The translations under genes and the position numbers were made by a program. The notes beneath the pieces were generated by a model that saw only the letters and a list, made by a program, of their open reading frames with translations, made no database searches and was not told the origin of the DNA. Below, piece by piece: positions 39,901 to 54,900 of a stretch of DNA of 64,000 nt. This DNA is from Leucoraja ocellata (lineage: Eukaryota). Location of the stretch: the NCBI GenBank assembly GCA_036785375.1, contig JAWMAR010002012.1, positions 62,001-126,000 on the forward strand, given 5' to 3'. Position 1 is the first letter of the stretch; every line of letters starts with the position of its first letter.

Positions 39901-42900
39901 TTACTTATTTCTCTGTTTTCCGATGCTTCGGATTATTTTGTACTTTACAGAAGGACATGTACGATGGGAGTCCAGCGGACCTTTAGCATTCTTATTCGCC
40001 CTGCTGAAAGCAATGATGTCACCTTATTTAAAGCTAGAACACAAGTCATGCCGCGGGAATTAACCTCAGCTATCCAGACAGCAGTCTACATTCCTACCCA
40101 TCCTGACGTTAACCTAATCCCGAGAATTAACTATATACTCCGTTACCAATAGCCTTGAGACAAAACACCCCGAAGCCCAGGACATTGTAGACGGCAACCT
40201 CATTCAAGCCAACCTCAAGAACTTATTACCAAAATACTATCAACATGTCTCTTGACCCCCCAGGGACCAGAACATCCTCGACCACTGCTACACTTTCATA
40301 AAAAAACAATGGTTAGATGCGTCCCTTGTCCTACCTCTCCTACCTCTCCTCGTCCCGGCCACTTTTCGGCAAATCTGATCTGCTCGTTGTATTTTTGCTC
40401 CCTGCCAGCAAAAAAAGAACTAACGCGGGAAGATCCGGAGCAGAAGTCCGGACAATGCTGGTCTGCAAAACAAACATCGTCCTCGAATGATGTAAGTCAG
40501 TTGAGCGTTCAATGCTCAGAGAATCGGTGGCCAAACTGAATAGGTATTCCGTGATAACTTCGTCTGTACTTGCGGGGACGGTGTGTGTAGGAAAGAACTG
40601 CAGATGCTGGTTTGAAACGATGATAGACACAAAATGCTGGAATAACTCAACGGGCCAGGGAACATTTCTGGAGAGAATGAACGGGTGCACAACATGCTGG
40701 TGACAGGCAGCATACGTTATCCGTTCCTGCTCTCCAGAGACAATACCGGGACAAACCTGAGCCTCAGTATGGTGCCAAGCGGTGCCAAGGCCTGAATACT
40801 ATAACTGTCTGAAAAACGAGGTCAGGCAGCATCGATGGTGATAGTGCAACCCTCCCTTATGAATATAATGCATTATATTCGCACTTTGAGCAGAGGGCCA
40901 AAGACAGTTCTCCCATCAGACTCCAATATGTATTTTCCCAGGGGCACTATTGCAGAAGTTCGATCGGCCTCCTGGGAGTGAACCCACAGAAAGCCACTGG
41001 CCGGATGCAGTTCCTCGGGAAATGCGCGGAGCAACTAGCAGTGTTTAATCCTTCACTACTCCATTCGGAAGTACCCAACTGCATCAAGACAGTTAATCTA
41101 GTGCCAAACAAAAGCACGATTTCATGGCTTAATGCAAACCGCACAGTGGCCTTGATATGCACCATCATCAAGTGCTTCGAAAGGTTGCTTTTGGAACACA
41201 TTGAATCCTAGGTGTTACCCAACCGGAAGCCATGGTTAAACTGTGATGCTCACTCCCATCTGAAGGCCTTGATTGACTGAAATGTGCCTATGCCACAGCA
41301 GGTTCACGGCTAATGCCATCTTCCTGGCCCTACACTCATCCTTTGGAACACGTGCATAACAAGGACACTTATGTAAAAATTCTATTCATAGTATAGAGCT
41401 CTGCGTTCAATACCATTATCCCAACCAAGCTTATCTCACCTGTCTCCCCCGATCACTCCCTATTCTCCCATATCCTTTCAGGCTTCAGCTGAAGAAGTTT
41501 TAAAACGAACAACTCCAGGTTTAGAGACATTCCCTTCCCAGCTGTTATCAGGCAACTCACCTGTCCTCTCGCCAGCTAGTGAGAGATACTGGCCTCCCAT
41601 CTACATCTTTGGGGACATTGAAACTATTTTTAATCTGACTTTACCTCGAACTAAACGTTGTGCCCATTATCATTTTATCTGCACAATGTGGACGGCTTGA
41701 TTTTAATTATGTATAGTCTTTCTCCTGAGTGGATGGTACACAACAGAGTTTTTCACTGTACCTCGCTGAACTTAACCTCGCTAAATAAGCGAAACAAATC
41801 CTTTTCAGAAAACCGCTTACAAAATGCCGTTGGCCATGGAGTATCGGAGGTTCAAAGGATTACAAAGGATTGCTGACATAGTTGTTGGTCGGAATGTGAC
41901 ACGGAATATACATATGTGACACGGAATATACATTCATATGTGACACGGAATATACATATGTGACACGGAATATACATATGTGACACGGAATATACATTCA
42001 TATGTGACACGGAATATACATATGTGACACGGAATATACATTTCGCCTTACGTTTTGTCAGAATTTGGGGGGGGTTTCGGCAATCTACAGGTGTGGCAAG
42101 TAAATTATAATATATTTTCTGAATGATACACGTTGCACTTAGGTAGTGCAATGCGAGGTAAAATTAATGGTTATGGCTATCAACGTAGTGCTGGAGTTTT
42201 ACTTTAAATTGTCAATCTTCTCTGGCATTGCCTTGCTGGAATCATTCAATAAGTCCGTTAAATTGCATTCGGGAATCGTTCCTAGTAGCTATTGGCGCGG
42301 CGAAAGAGAGACAGGAGACCGTGCACAATATCTTACTAGATACAGTCGTCCCCACATTTATGTGCCTGGTACAATGTCTGGAAGTGCCATATCTAATCAG
42401 TACAATTGTATTTTGCTGCGAGAATAGCGAAAGATATTAACTCTGTTACCTGCATCTTTACTCTCCAAATCATATTCTGCAAATAGAAGCAAGCGAGGTG
42501 AAGATTTTTTAAATTTCTCCAAATAGACAGTGTTAAATAAATAGGGAGCACCGAAAACACGTAATGCGAAATTGAGATTGAAGAGTCATGTGACTGCTGA
42601 ACCCCCCCCCCCTTGCTCCTCCCCCAGTCGTTTTTAATGAAACTAATCTTCCTTTGTTTTAACATTGTTCTTCGTTTCAGCGTCAACGGCTCATCTTCGG
42701 CGGAACCTACACGTAACAAGACCCAACGTCCCTGTGTTATAATAGCTGATGCAATTCAGCCTCATTGAGTCAAGCGCTTTAAATGAATCGATGGGATTGG
42801 GACATTGAATGGTTATGAACGCTTTCGACTTTCGAATAGAAAGTCGAATGTTCTGATTACATTACCGTCAACATGCAGTTTTGCAGCAAGTTCATTTTCT

Positions 42901-45900
42901 CTCCAGTAATACTGTAGCTCCCGCGCGTGTCTTAACATTTCAGAACAAATAATGTTTATGCACAGGCAGGATCGAACTGAGGACGGATGGCTTATGCAAT
43001 TGTTTTGATTTGTTTAACTTCTTCATTTCGAACATTTATTTTGAAGTGTTGTGATTACGCCCGGGCAGACATTTCCCTTTAACGGAATGTTATTGTGGAG
43101 AAGAGCAATGAATGAAATAGTGCGGTTACGTTTAAAGTCGTGAAGCTGTAGTGCCTTTCTCAGGAATATGCGAAACAACGCGTTTACCTCCGTTCTCCGC
43201 CCCTCCATTTCCTTATTCTCCAACCGCTCAGCGTTTTCATTGCAGACACTATTGACTGTTTATATGTAAAACGATGAGACGGTGGGAAGCGCGCTGCATA
43301 GCAAAACAGAACACGTCTGCATCAGCGTCAACGTTTAAGCATGCTGGTGATAATACTTATCAGATTATGCAGAAATTGATACTGGGCAATTCGCTGCATT
43401 GTATTCAGATCATAAGGTCACAAGTGATAGGAGTAGAATTAGACCATTCGGCCCATCAGTTCTACACCGCCACTCAAACATGGCTGATCTATATTTTCGT
43501 ACTAACCCCATTCTCCTGCATTCTCCACATACCTCTGACACCTGTACTAATCAAAAATCTATCTATCTCAGCCTTAAAAATATCCACTGACTTGACCTCC
43601 ACCGCCTTCCGCGGCACAGCATTCCATAGATTCACCACCACCAAGGAAATGTCTTATCTTCTCCTTCCTAAAATAAATACTTTTAATATTGACGCTATGA
43701 CCTCGAGTCCTAGACTACCCCCCTAGTGGAAATATCCTCTCCACATCCATTCTATCGAAGCATTTCACTATAATGTATGTTTCAAAGAGGTCCCCACTCA
43801 TTCTTTTGAACACCAGCGAGTACAGGCCCAGTGCCGACAAACGCTCACTATAGTTTAACCTACTCATTCCTGGTATTATTCGTGTAAACCTCCTCTCCGG
43901 AGCCAGCACATCCTTCCTGAGATATGGTGCCCAAGATTACGCACAATAATATTAATTGGGAACTTCGTCATTATTTTGTCATCCAGGCCGGCAAGTCTGG
44001 TTGGAAATGCTGCTTCATATGCAGATGCCAGGTCGGACTCCCTTTTATGATCGTTGGACATTTTTGTGACAGAATATCTGTTCCACTTTGAAGAGAGGCG
44101 AACTAAACTCACACTAGTGAGACTTATATATCAATAACGTGAAAAGATTGAATCTGTGAAAGGGTATGGCTTTGCTATTTTCACGACTCAAAAAGGAAAA
44201 AAAGGGCAACACCTTCGTTTCTTTGCTAATATTTAGATGTCGTATTGCAAAGTGAACCGAGGTACAGAGTAAAAGCGTTGTTTTGTATGCTATACATTCA
44301 ATTTAGATAAGAGGATACTTGCATAAAATCAAGCCAAATTCAAGTACAATAGGTAGAGTACATGAAAATGTACACAGTGCATAATATAGCTCCCAGTATT
44401 AGTGCGCAACAGTTCCAGAGACAATGTCTTATGTAGAAGAGGAGTCTGGTCGAGGTAGAGGGAACTCCATGCCCTAGCCTATGCAATGACGGTGCTGGAG
44501 CCAGTTAACAGAGGGGAATAATGTAACATTGAGTCTGGTTGTGCGCGATCAATCCTCTGTACCGTTTTCTGCATGGGAACGGTGAGAAGAAGGAATGCCT
44601 AGGTGGGAAAGACTGTTGATCTTGGTGACTACTCTCCCAAGACAGTGTGAAGTGTGTGAAGTCGATGATGGGGATTCTGGTTTGTCTGATGGACTTGCGA
44701 CATCCACAACTATCTACGTTTTCTCATGGTTATGGGCAGAGCTGTTCCCAAACCAATCTGTGATGCAATCTGACACTATACTTCCTGGTACACATTTAGA
44801 CGCAAATTGCCTTTCCTGGCTGTCCCTTCAATGTGCCTTTCGCAATGTGCATCAGTGGCAAAGCACACTTGGGTATTTTTTGCGAGTTTGTGCTCTCCAA
44901 TTCCAGTCCCATATGACCCTAGCCTCGAAAATGTAATAGCATCTGCCGTTATCTGGACACTCGACCTCATTCCTAACCTGATGTTTTCAGTGAAAGCCCA
45001 CCAGTTCCATTGTTGAAGAGAAAATAATGCACACCTTTTTTCTCGATACCGTGATTCTTTTCGGATTTTCTAATTTCCTAAGAATACATTTAGTCTAAAC
45101 GCTCACAATATATCACCCTATATTGACACCCACAGCCACAATACTGATAAATGTTCACGTAACCTTTTATTGTCCAGATGGAAAACAAACATGTAAATGG
45201 ATGGTCTTACTCCAAATTAAATTGCGATTTTGCTTTTCTTCTTGCTATTGTCAAATCTGAATTTGCCATGGAAATCAAAGGATGGAAGGAGGCTATTCGT
45301 ACCAACAATATGTCAGAGCAAATCTGATAGCCCACTCTTCGTCCGTCATCCAGAGCCCTGCAAATTATTTAATCTCAGGTATATTTTAAATACTACAATT
45401 AAAAATAATTCCACTTCCGCCACAATACCTAAACAACGCACTGTATAAAATAAAACAAGCATCAAGTCCTCCTGACACTTTTGATCCGTTCGTTTGAAGA
45501 ACAACCATGTTCATGTGAAGAACCCCACAGTAATGAAATAGGTTACTGCCATTAAGTCCCCGATCATTTCAATGGGAATTCTCTTGTAAGACAAATCATT
45601 TCCAGTCAAATGTTCTACTTTATTTTTACGTATTTAAATACCCCGATTGTAATACTGGGATATTCTGTTGATTTGACTTCGGGTAGTGTAAAAAAACAAA
45701 AAACTTCCTGCTTTAATTGCTTTTTTCCCCACTGACCTGTTTCTTGATGTCTTTTTTTCAAAGATGCTATTTCTGCAAGTAAATGAAAACCTATTTGTCA
45801 TTTGTAGTCGTTACATGTCCACATGGAAATAACTGGCTTCCGCAGCTCTTTTTATGCAAAACAGGGCGTTACATTGTCAATCCATAGGTGCGATGTTCGT

Positions 45901-48900
45901 TTTAATTTGAGGAAGAATGAATCCACCGGTTCCCCATATTTAACGAAATCTGATATTCTCGCCTTTTTGTTAAAATTTAAAGTCGAAGTTGTTTCCGTTA
46001 TAATTTGCAGCAGTCACAGTGAAATTTATACTTGTCGTAGCGGAGACACATGCTCTTTGATTATTTTTACCAATTATCAATCATCTGTTTATCATAAGCA
46101 CTTGTAAATATTATCATTGCATGTCATTTCTCGTGATTGGCGATTGTTAACCATTAAAGCATATTGCAAACAATGACGGTTCACACACTTTTAATATCTG
46201 GGTAGCTTTGCAGAAATAAGTACTCGTTCTTCTCTGACTTTGTTAGAATCTTTAATATTGAATCTCCTTCATATCGGTGGATATTCAAAAATCGGGAAGA
46301 ATATAAAAAAGTCAATTGTTTTTGCACCACAGCTAATGCGATTTTTGAGCATTTACTTGTGTGTATGCATTTCCTTTCCAGGCTTTTTTAAATTAAAATT
46401 GTTATCCATCCGCCCCACTGATTTCTCTTCACCATTTCCGAAGTCCTGCTACATCATCCCAAAGACTGTGGGGCTTTTATACTTTAAACAGGCGGGCGCC
46501 ACAATAGGGTAGATGTTGTCAGCTTCATCTTGCCCCAGGAGTCGTCGGGCAAATTGTTCCTTGTGAGAGGGTACTGTCTACCGGAAGACTTATGGTTCAT
46601 ACATTTCACTGGAACTCGGCACAATCTCCGACCTTAGGGTAGGCTATCAATGGAAATATGATGCATTTAAATTATATTTGCGAGTAGAGGCTTATTTACT
46701 GAAAGTATTACTGAAACTATTTGCCTTACGGCTTCAATTTTTGAAATTATATATCAGCCATTCATGGAAGATTACCAGGGTGAGAGGTTTTACGGGAGTA
46801 AAATATGGCCAAAAACTACGCTTTGTTCTGCCCCTCCTCTCTTCTAGATGTTCTTCTCCCCACAAAGCTTTGCCTGCCGCTTCGCTTTTCCAGATTTGTC
46901 TACATCGCCCCACGACGCTTTTTGCTCAGCCTCTTTTATAACCCTTTCCTCTCCCCCACAACGCCTGGTTTTGCCCCTTTCCTCTTCCAACTTTCCACCC
47001 TCGCACACAATGAGTTTTAAAAGGACGTCGGCACGAAACGTCACACATCCATGCTCTCCAGTGATGCTGCGTGACCAACTAGTTTACTCTACACTTTCTG
47101 TCCTTGTTTTCTAGTATCAGCTGTTCCTTGATTGTAAAGGTAATCTCTTGCTTCCGCGTTGGTGCGTGATAGACATTTGATGCAATGTGGTCCAGTCATT
47201 ACCACCACAAACATAAATTTCTGCCCAGTATCCAGATCTGGAAGACAATGCTAACACCGTTCGTTAATTATTGTGCAAATTTCGTACCCCCAGATGATGG
47301 AAAATGTGATTGCGTATAAATAAACAAATAGCATCACCAGAATATAAAGCTTAACAACACCGGAAAATTTAAATGAAATTCTACATTTCAATGTTTTGCA
47401 GTGTGGTTTCACAAATCATAGTTATTGGTTTGATAGTGAAGATCCAACATCACATTAAAGAAAGGAGCCATTAGCTGTACTGGGGAACGTGGAATTAACA
47501 TCACAAAGGTATGAATTTCGTCGAGCGCGGAAGTCACTATAGCAAGAGCGATTAAAAATAAATAAATCAAATTTCAAGTTTTAGAATTGTAAATTTAACG
47601 ACACCTCCATCTTTCTCGCGTAGTTCTTCGTCTGTAACAAAGCAAACACATTGGAATAATCACACATAGCCGGCGAAGAACGAATTTTGCTATTAAAAAT
47701 GCTATCGAACTTGTTAGTCCTGGAATGCAAATATCAGTTCTGGCTTTAAACACGAGATTCGAATAACGCCGGCATTGGAGGTGCGTTGTAGTGCCAAAGT
47801 TGCATGACAGCACGCTGAACTTTCAAAAAGTGGAACGGACGTTGGAAAAATCAGTAACCATGACGCACGCTGCCTTCTTGCCCACCCCGTCCCATGCTCA
47901 GGCTTTATTTATCGTCGAATGAATATGCTCATCGACTGGTGCAGTCCACAACGTTGTATTGTGCATTGTATTAAGTCATAGAGTTATCCAGCATAGGGAC
48001 AGATCAATTGAACCAGGACGTCCTTGATAATCGATCGAAACTAATCACAGTTGCCCGCGTTTAGCCAATCTCTAGTACTATAAAACTCTGATCTTGGTTG
48101 TTTACTTGTGTGTTTGCTTACTTGACGTTTTTCTTTGATTCACATTCGTCGGAAACCCGACGCGGTAAGGGCGACATTTTTACATATTCCGGTAGAGGTT
48201 TACCTAATGATTTCAAAAAAATCCCCTCATCTGAAAATTTCATTTATTATTTCCCGAGTTTATTACAAAACATTTTCACCAGCCTAACATCTTATTAAAA
48301 TCTAAAGTGCTAAAACGAGCTGGATGACGTCACAAAACCTCTGCACCTCGCGGCAAGCTGTGCAGAATTTTCAACGCGCAGCCCCACCGTTTGATGATGT
48401 CTTGCAGCGCCAGAGACCAGGGTTCAATCCTGACAAAGTTGTGAATTATTGTGCTGATTCTGTATTATAATGCATTTTACAAATGATTGGTTATTTTGGA
48501 TGATCAGCCATGATTTTATTGAATGGCGATGCTGGCTTGAAGGGTCGAATGGCCTACTCCTGCATCTGTTTTCTATGTGTCTGTGTTTCTATGAAGGAAT
48601 ACAGTTGCATGTGCATGCGATCACATTCTCGGTTATCAATATATATCTCAGAGACGCAAAATTCAAGGAATGCACCCAATGAGTTAGATTAGAGTTAGCT
48701 CGGAAATTAAGATTTTCTACTTACCATCAATTCTGCACTGGGAAAATTCTGAACCCGAGAAAAAAAGACAAATAATGGCGCTGAAGCAAAACCGTAGCAA
48801 ATCATTGATAAATAATAAACATACTTTTATAAGGCATCAAGATAGTAGAATAGTTAAGAAGCTCAACAAATATTAATTATAATACAAGCAATATTATGTT

Positions 48901-51900
48901 AAAACAATTGTTAAAAGCAGATGCTAATCATCATTTTAATTATTTTGAAGGCTTTTTTTTATCAGATGTTTTCATATATTGGTCAAATTCAATGTCCATT
49001 TTAATCAATGATCAGAACCATAATAGTCAGTATCCAACCCATACGTAATGACATAATTAAATGTTTATTTGAGTGATTAAATGATGAGGGCTTCGCAGGT
49101 TGAGCCATAATTTAAATGCCGTTCCCTAATTGATCATCAAATGGTGGCGGTGAGCTGCCATCTTGAATCGCTGCAGTTCATGAATTGTCGGAAAATCGTA
49201 AATGCTGTTAAAATGAAAAGCGGGTGTCGCTACTTTGGATCGCTTGTATTGCACCGCGGAGTAGCTCTACGAAACGCATGACCTTTCTGTTCTAAAGTTT
49301 CCTTTGGTCATCTATGCCCACGATATCATTGGCCGCTGCTTTGTATGAAGCAAGACTGACTAAGAATATTCAGAACCATTTCGTACGACTATTTTTGATT
49401 AGAAATTAGCTTGGGCCAAGTCATCAAATCATGGAATAGTCACCAGGGAAAAGATCGGTTCGCCTGTGGCATTCGCCAACGCGGACTGTTAGAAGAACTC
49501 TCTAATTGTGCACCACCGTTTCTTTTCCATAGCCATATGTAAAAACAATTGTTTCAACGTATGGAAATTCAGATCTCATTTAGGTCAGTATGGTATAGAT
49601 GGGACCTACCTACACCGCATTTGAAGGGATTACATAACAGATTTGAAATAGACTCTGCATTAAATAATGTTTCTCGTGTTAATCATACGGGCTTCCAGTT
49701 TTATTTTATTACAATGAATACCCCCCAGGCACCTCTTCCACATTAACTATTTATATGTTCCGTAAAGTTCACACCCAATCTTCTCTTCTCCAAAGAAAAT
49801 AACCATATCTTCTCCAATCGCTACACGTGATAACAATTCCTTACTATCGCATGCACTTGACAATCCCATTTAGATTTTTACTAACCCATTCACTTGACAA
49901 TGTTGACACCCGCTAAAACGTGAAATTGTGCGTGCCATCCCCGTCCAATCCCAGATCTCAGAAAGAAATGAATACGGAATATCCTCTCTTGAAGTAATCC
50001 CCCCATCGCCATCTTCAGGTCGGTTCCTTGCGCGTTTATGACTTCGTACCCATGAACGTATGTACTATTTGCATCCCCTTCTCTAATAAACCTATTATAC
50101 AGCATCATATCGTATGCCTTCTGTTCAAGTACCCCCAGTGGTCCAGCGATCGTTATCCTCACAGCTCTATCATTTCCAAAATTGCATCGTTGGTTAATCA
50201 AAATCTACCCTCTGCAGCTTCACCCATTTCACCACTTTCCCCCAGGTGACTAATGATCACGCCGAGAAATGATGTTTCTAATAAATTTCCCACAAATGAG
50301 GTTAATCTGGCTCGTTGTAGATGTTCGCTAACCATAGATACACTCAAAAAGCTGGAGTAAAAGCGGGCCAGACAGCATCGTTGAAGAAATGGAATAGGTG
50401 ACATTACGGGTTAAGATTCTTCTTCTTCCCACTCTGAAGAAGGGTCTCGACCCGAAGCGTGACATTCATTTTTTTCCGAATAGGCATTCTGATTTGTTGA
50501 GTTTCCAGTTTTTGTGTTTATCTTCGTGTTTGAACCAGCATCTGCCGTTCCCTCCTACGCATTTCGGCTAACGATACATAGCTTTTGAAAAATGTAGTCA
50601 CAGTACTAGTCAACACATCGTTTCAGATTAGTTTCTTTTTGATGTCAGCAATTATTATGCGTTTTGTGCTATTTCTTGTGATATCCGTTTATTCTGAACA
50701 GATCAACTCTTTCACACAATGATCAGGCGAAACAATTATTTTGTCTGAAACTGACATTTAGATAGAATTTCGGAAGTTACCTGTCTCTTTCAAACTTAGT
50801 GTTTCTTCTTTTGGAAGCACATAAAATAATCAGGCAAAAGGCAAATTAATAGAAAAAATCGACTTTTCTGCACTCTGCTAACTGAGAATTAAAACCAAAG
50901 AAATCTGCATAAATTGGTGCTTATTTTGTGGTTACTAACGTGTATATGCAACGGAAATGATAAGGAAGGATATGGCTTTGCACTGGGGCAGTAATGTCTT
51001 CTTTCCTTGTTTACGCAGGACTGCAGTCATGTAAAGAGTAACCAGAGAAGGAGAAAGAGAGGAATAAAGAAATATGAGAGATAAAGAGAGAAAAAAATAA
51101 AGAATGAAAGAGAGAGAGAGAGGGATAGAGAAAGAAAGCGAGAAAGAGGAAGAAAGTGAGAAAGTGAAAAAAGNNNNNNNNNNNNNNNNNNNNNNNNNNN
51201 NNNNNNNNNNNNNNNNNNNNNNNNNNNNNNNNNNNNNNNNNNNNNNNNNNNNNNNNNNNNNNNNNNNNNNNNNNNNNNNNNNNNNNNNNNNNNNNNNNNN
51301 NNNNNNNNNNNNNNNNNNNNNNNNNNNNNNNNNNNNNNNNNNNNNNNNNNNNNNNNNNNNNNNNNNNNNNNNNNNNNNNNNNNNNNNNNNNNNNNNNNNN
51401 NNNNNNNNNNNNNNNNNNNNNNNNNNNNNNNNNNNAATTATGAACATTTTTGTGAATCAGTCAAACAATCAAAGACATTATGAATTATGTTCTCACCTAT
51501 TTGTTTTAGATTTTTTGAAAGTGATTCCTTTTCTGAAATTTAAAAGGTGTTATTGTCATTGGAGAATTTTTGTTGTGATGAGCTGTCACCATTTTCATCA
51601 TATGGCGGCATTGTCAGCATTGGAGGTCGTACACAGAGAGGCATAGAGTCCTGGATTTATACAGAGTGGAAATAAGCTCTTCGGCCCAACTTACCCACGC
51701 AGAGTCAAGTGCTCCATCCATTCTAGTCCCACCTGCCGCGTTTGTCCTTATACTACCTCTAAACATATCCTTTTCTTGTACCTGTCCAAATGTTCTTTTT
51801 TAATGTTGTTATGGCCTCTGCCTCAACTACCTGTTCCGGTAGCTCGTTCCACACATCTACCAGCACTTTCTGTAAAAGGATTACAACTAAGATTTCTCCT

Positions 51901-54900
51901 AAATTGTCCAACATCATCTTAAACCTATATGCTTCCGTTCCAGATTCCCCTCCTCTGGGCAAAAGCCTGTGTGCCTTTACCGGAACTATTCCTCTCTTGA
52001 TTTTGTACACGTCCGCCTCCGCAAGATCACCACTTCTTCAAGGAATGCATTCTTATCGTACTCAAACTATCTCCGTGCAGCTCAGGTCCTCGAGACCTGG
52101 CAAAATTATCGAAATGTACTATGCATCCTTTACAGCTTGACAACATATTTCCTATAACACGGTGATCTACATTGAAGACAATACTCTAAATGTGTCTTCA
52201 CCGATGTCTTATCCAACTGTAACAAGACGTCCCAAATTCTACACTCAATACTCTGACTGGTAAAGGCCAATGTGCCGGAAGACCTTTAGACCACCCATGC
52301 TATCTGCGAAACCACTTTTAAGATATTATGGACCTGCACTCCTAGATGCATCTGCTCTACAACACTCCCCAGAAAGCTACCATTCACGGTGTGGGTTCTG
52401 CCCTTGTTATAGTTCCCAAAATGCAATACATCACTTTTCTCTGAAGTAAATTCCACCAACCATTCCTCAGCCCATTTGCCGTTTTTATTCCTATCATCGA
52501 TGTAGATGACAAACAGCAATAGGTCCAGCTCCGTACCCTGAGCCGCACTAGTAGTCACAGTCCTCCACGAAGCAACCCCTGCCTCCTTCCATGAAGCCAA
52601 TTTTCTCTCCATTCAGCTGCATCTCATTGGTTGCCATGCGATTTAACCTTCGAGTGCGGCCTACCATGTGTAACCTTGTCAAATTCTTTGCTGAAATCCA
52701 TAAATACAATTTCTGAAGTTCTACCCTCATCAACAACAATCAGAGTCGTGAGACATGGTCTCCCGCGAATAAATCAGTGCTGTCTATACCCCACCAGCCC
52801 TTGTCCATTCTGATAAACCTGCTCTGGACCCTCTCCAAAGCCAGCACATCCTTCCTCAGGTGCCTAAAATTGCTCACAATATTCCAAATGTGACCTTATC
52901 AGCGCCTTATTGAGCCTTAACATTACATCCCTGTTTTTGTTTTCAAGCCCTCTTGAAATAAATTGAGTTTGGCTTCTTTACTACTGATTCACCTTGCAGA
53001 TTAACTTTTTGGAAATGCTGCACCAGCACTCCCAGGACCCCTTGCACCTCCGATTTCAAGATTCTCACCCCATTTAGAAAATAGTCTACGCCTTGATTCC
53101 TACCACCAAACTGCACGAATCCACACTTTACTGCACTTTGTTCACCTGTCACTTCTCTGCCAATCCTCTCAACCTGTCCAATTCCTTCTGCAACCCCTCC
53201 TTTCTCTACATTGCCTGCCCCGCCACTTATTTTCGTATAATCTGCAAACATTGCCACATAGCCTTCAATCCCCTCTTCCGAATAATTAATACATTGTAGT
53301 GGCCTGGATCAGGTCAGGAAAAGGCCAGATGCCAAGCAGGTTCAGAAGTCGTTTAATGAATCATGACAAACACACAGAACGCCCGCGAGCCGGCACCCGG
53401 GAAACCCCGTGGGCGGACAATCGTCCTTATCCCTCAAGACCCGAGGGGGATGACCCAAGGAGTGGCGTAACCCCCAGGGGCCGCCAGAAAATGATAAATA
53501 AACCTAATAGAAAGAAATAGCGTCTTCCAAAAGTGACCAGGAGCTGATACTTGACGGTATTTGCATGCGACAATGAAAATTACGAGTTCAGTGTCAGCAT
53601 TTCTGAATATAAATCGCAGTTCCTCGCATTGATGTATGTGTCTGAATAGAATTACCTTTTTGGGTCGAGAGCATTTTTTCCTCTATAGAAAACATAGGAT
53701 ATAGGAAGTGATTATGCCGCATTTGGAAATATCCTGTTCCAATATCGCAATCATAACCAGACGCGAGGTGAAAAGGGCAATTGAGCATTTACCCGCATTT
53801 TTAAGTTTTTCTTCTAATTCTGCAATATAATTAAGATTTAAAAAAAAATCAATGTTAGGTCTAATTACGGCGGTATATAAAAACGAAATGCACAAAACGC
53901 ATGGAACGTTATTGCCCGGAGCTCTGTCAATGCGGAGCATTTACCATCTAAGGATAATTGTAACAGAAATAACAAAACCAATGACGGGAATAATGCAAGA
54001 TATACAGTATGTAAGAACGTGCAAATAACATTACCAGTAATAGGACTAATACTAAAATTATAATTTAGCAGTATAATAGAAATACATGTAAACAATAATA
54101 TCAATAGGGACAAAAAAGTTCAAAATAGCCCTGCTATTAATAATAACAACATTCATGGCGTGCATTTAGTGGACGTAAAAGCAATTCTGCATGCCAATGA
54201 CATGCACGAGTGCCGCCAATAAATTATGCGACCTGACTGCACTGCACATTTGACATCAAATTAGTAGCAGAACAATGGTATTCCTCTACGATCCAACGAA
54301 AATAAAAATAAATGGAATTTTGGAACACAATTCAAAGTGCTTGGAACATCATCTATTTATTTACGGAAGGTTTGTGAGTCCCACGATTATTGAATCTACA
54401 GATACTGAAAAGTTAAAATAAAAACAAAACGTTTGAAGTACTTAGAAAGTCAGGCCGCCTCAGTGGGAAGAAAATAGAGTTAATATTTCATCCCGACTGG
54501 CGAAAGTCTTCAACATGAAACTGTATCCTGAAAATCTCTTTCCATAACCGCGATCTCAGTTGCTAGTTCCAGGATCTTCCTTTGTTATCCATAATTGTAT
54601 TGTCCACTTTATTTTAAATATGACAGAACATAGGCGGCTTCTAACGGGACAGATTTCCGCTCAGCGACTCGTTGTATGTTGTTCACTCGGAGTGACGGAA
54701 GTGGCGGCGCTGTTAACAGCTGCGGCTCGCCTGCAGTCCGTCTGTCTTTACTTTGTTTTGTTGGTTTTTTTTGGCTACGTTTTAGTTTGTTGGGTTGTGT
54801 TATGGGGGGGGGGGGGGGGGGGGGTGAAACATTTTTTTTGTCTCTTCCTTCGGGGGAATGCGACTTTTTCTTGTCGTATCCCCCTTCTCTGCCTCCGTCT

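Noticed and set aside
41894-42041. 20-bp direct repeats as a CRISPR-like array
   Set aside because: No unique spacers, no cas genes, vertebrate context; a simple minisatellite.
43188-43250. Purine-rich exon-like stretch ([17 protein letters not shown]) with donor gtaaac
   Set aside because: Open only with a phase-0 end; the phase-1 reading has a stop and there is no compatible acceptor.
53865-54113. Hydrophobic ORF as a transmembrane exon
   Set aside because: T-rich intronic sequence, no suitable splice boundaries, and it lies in the middle of the coiled-coil exon series.
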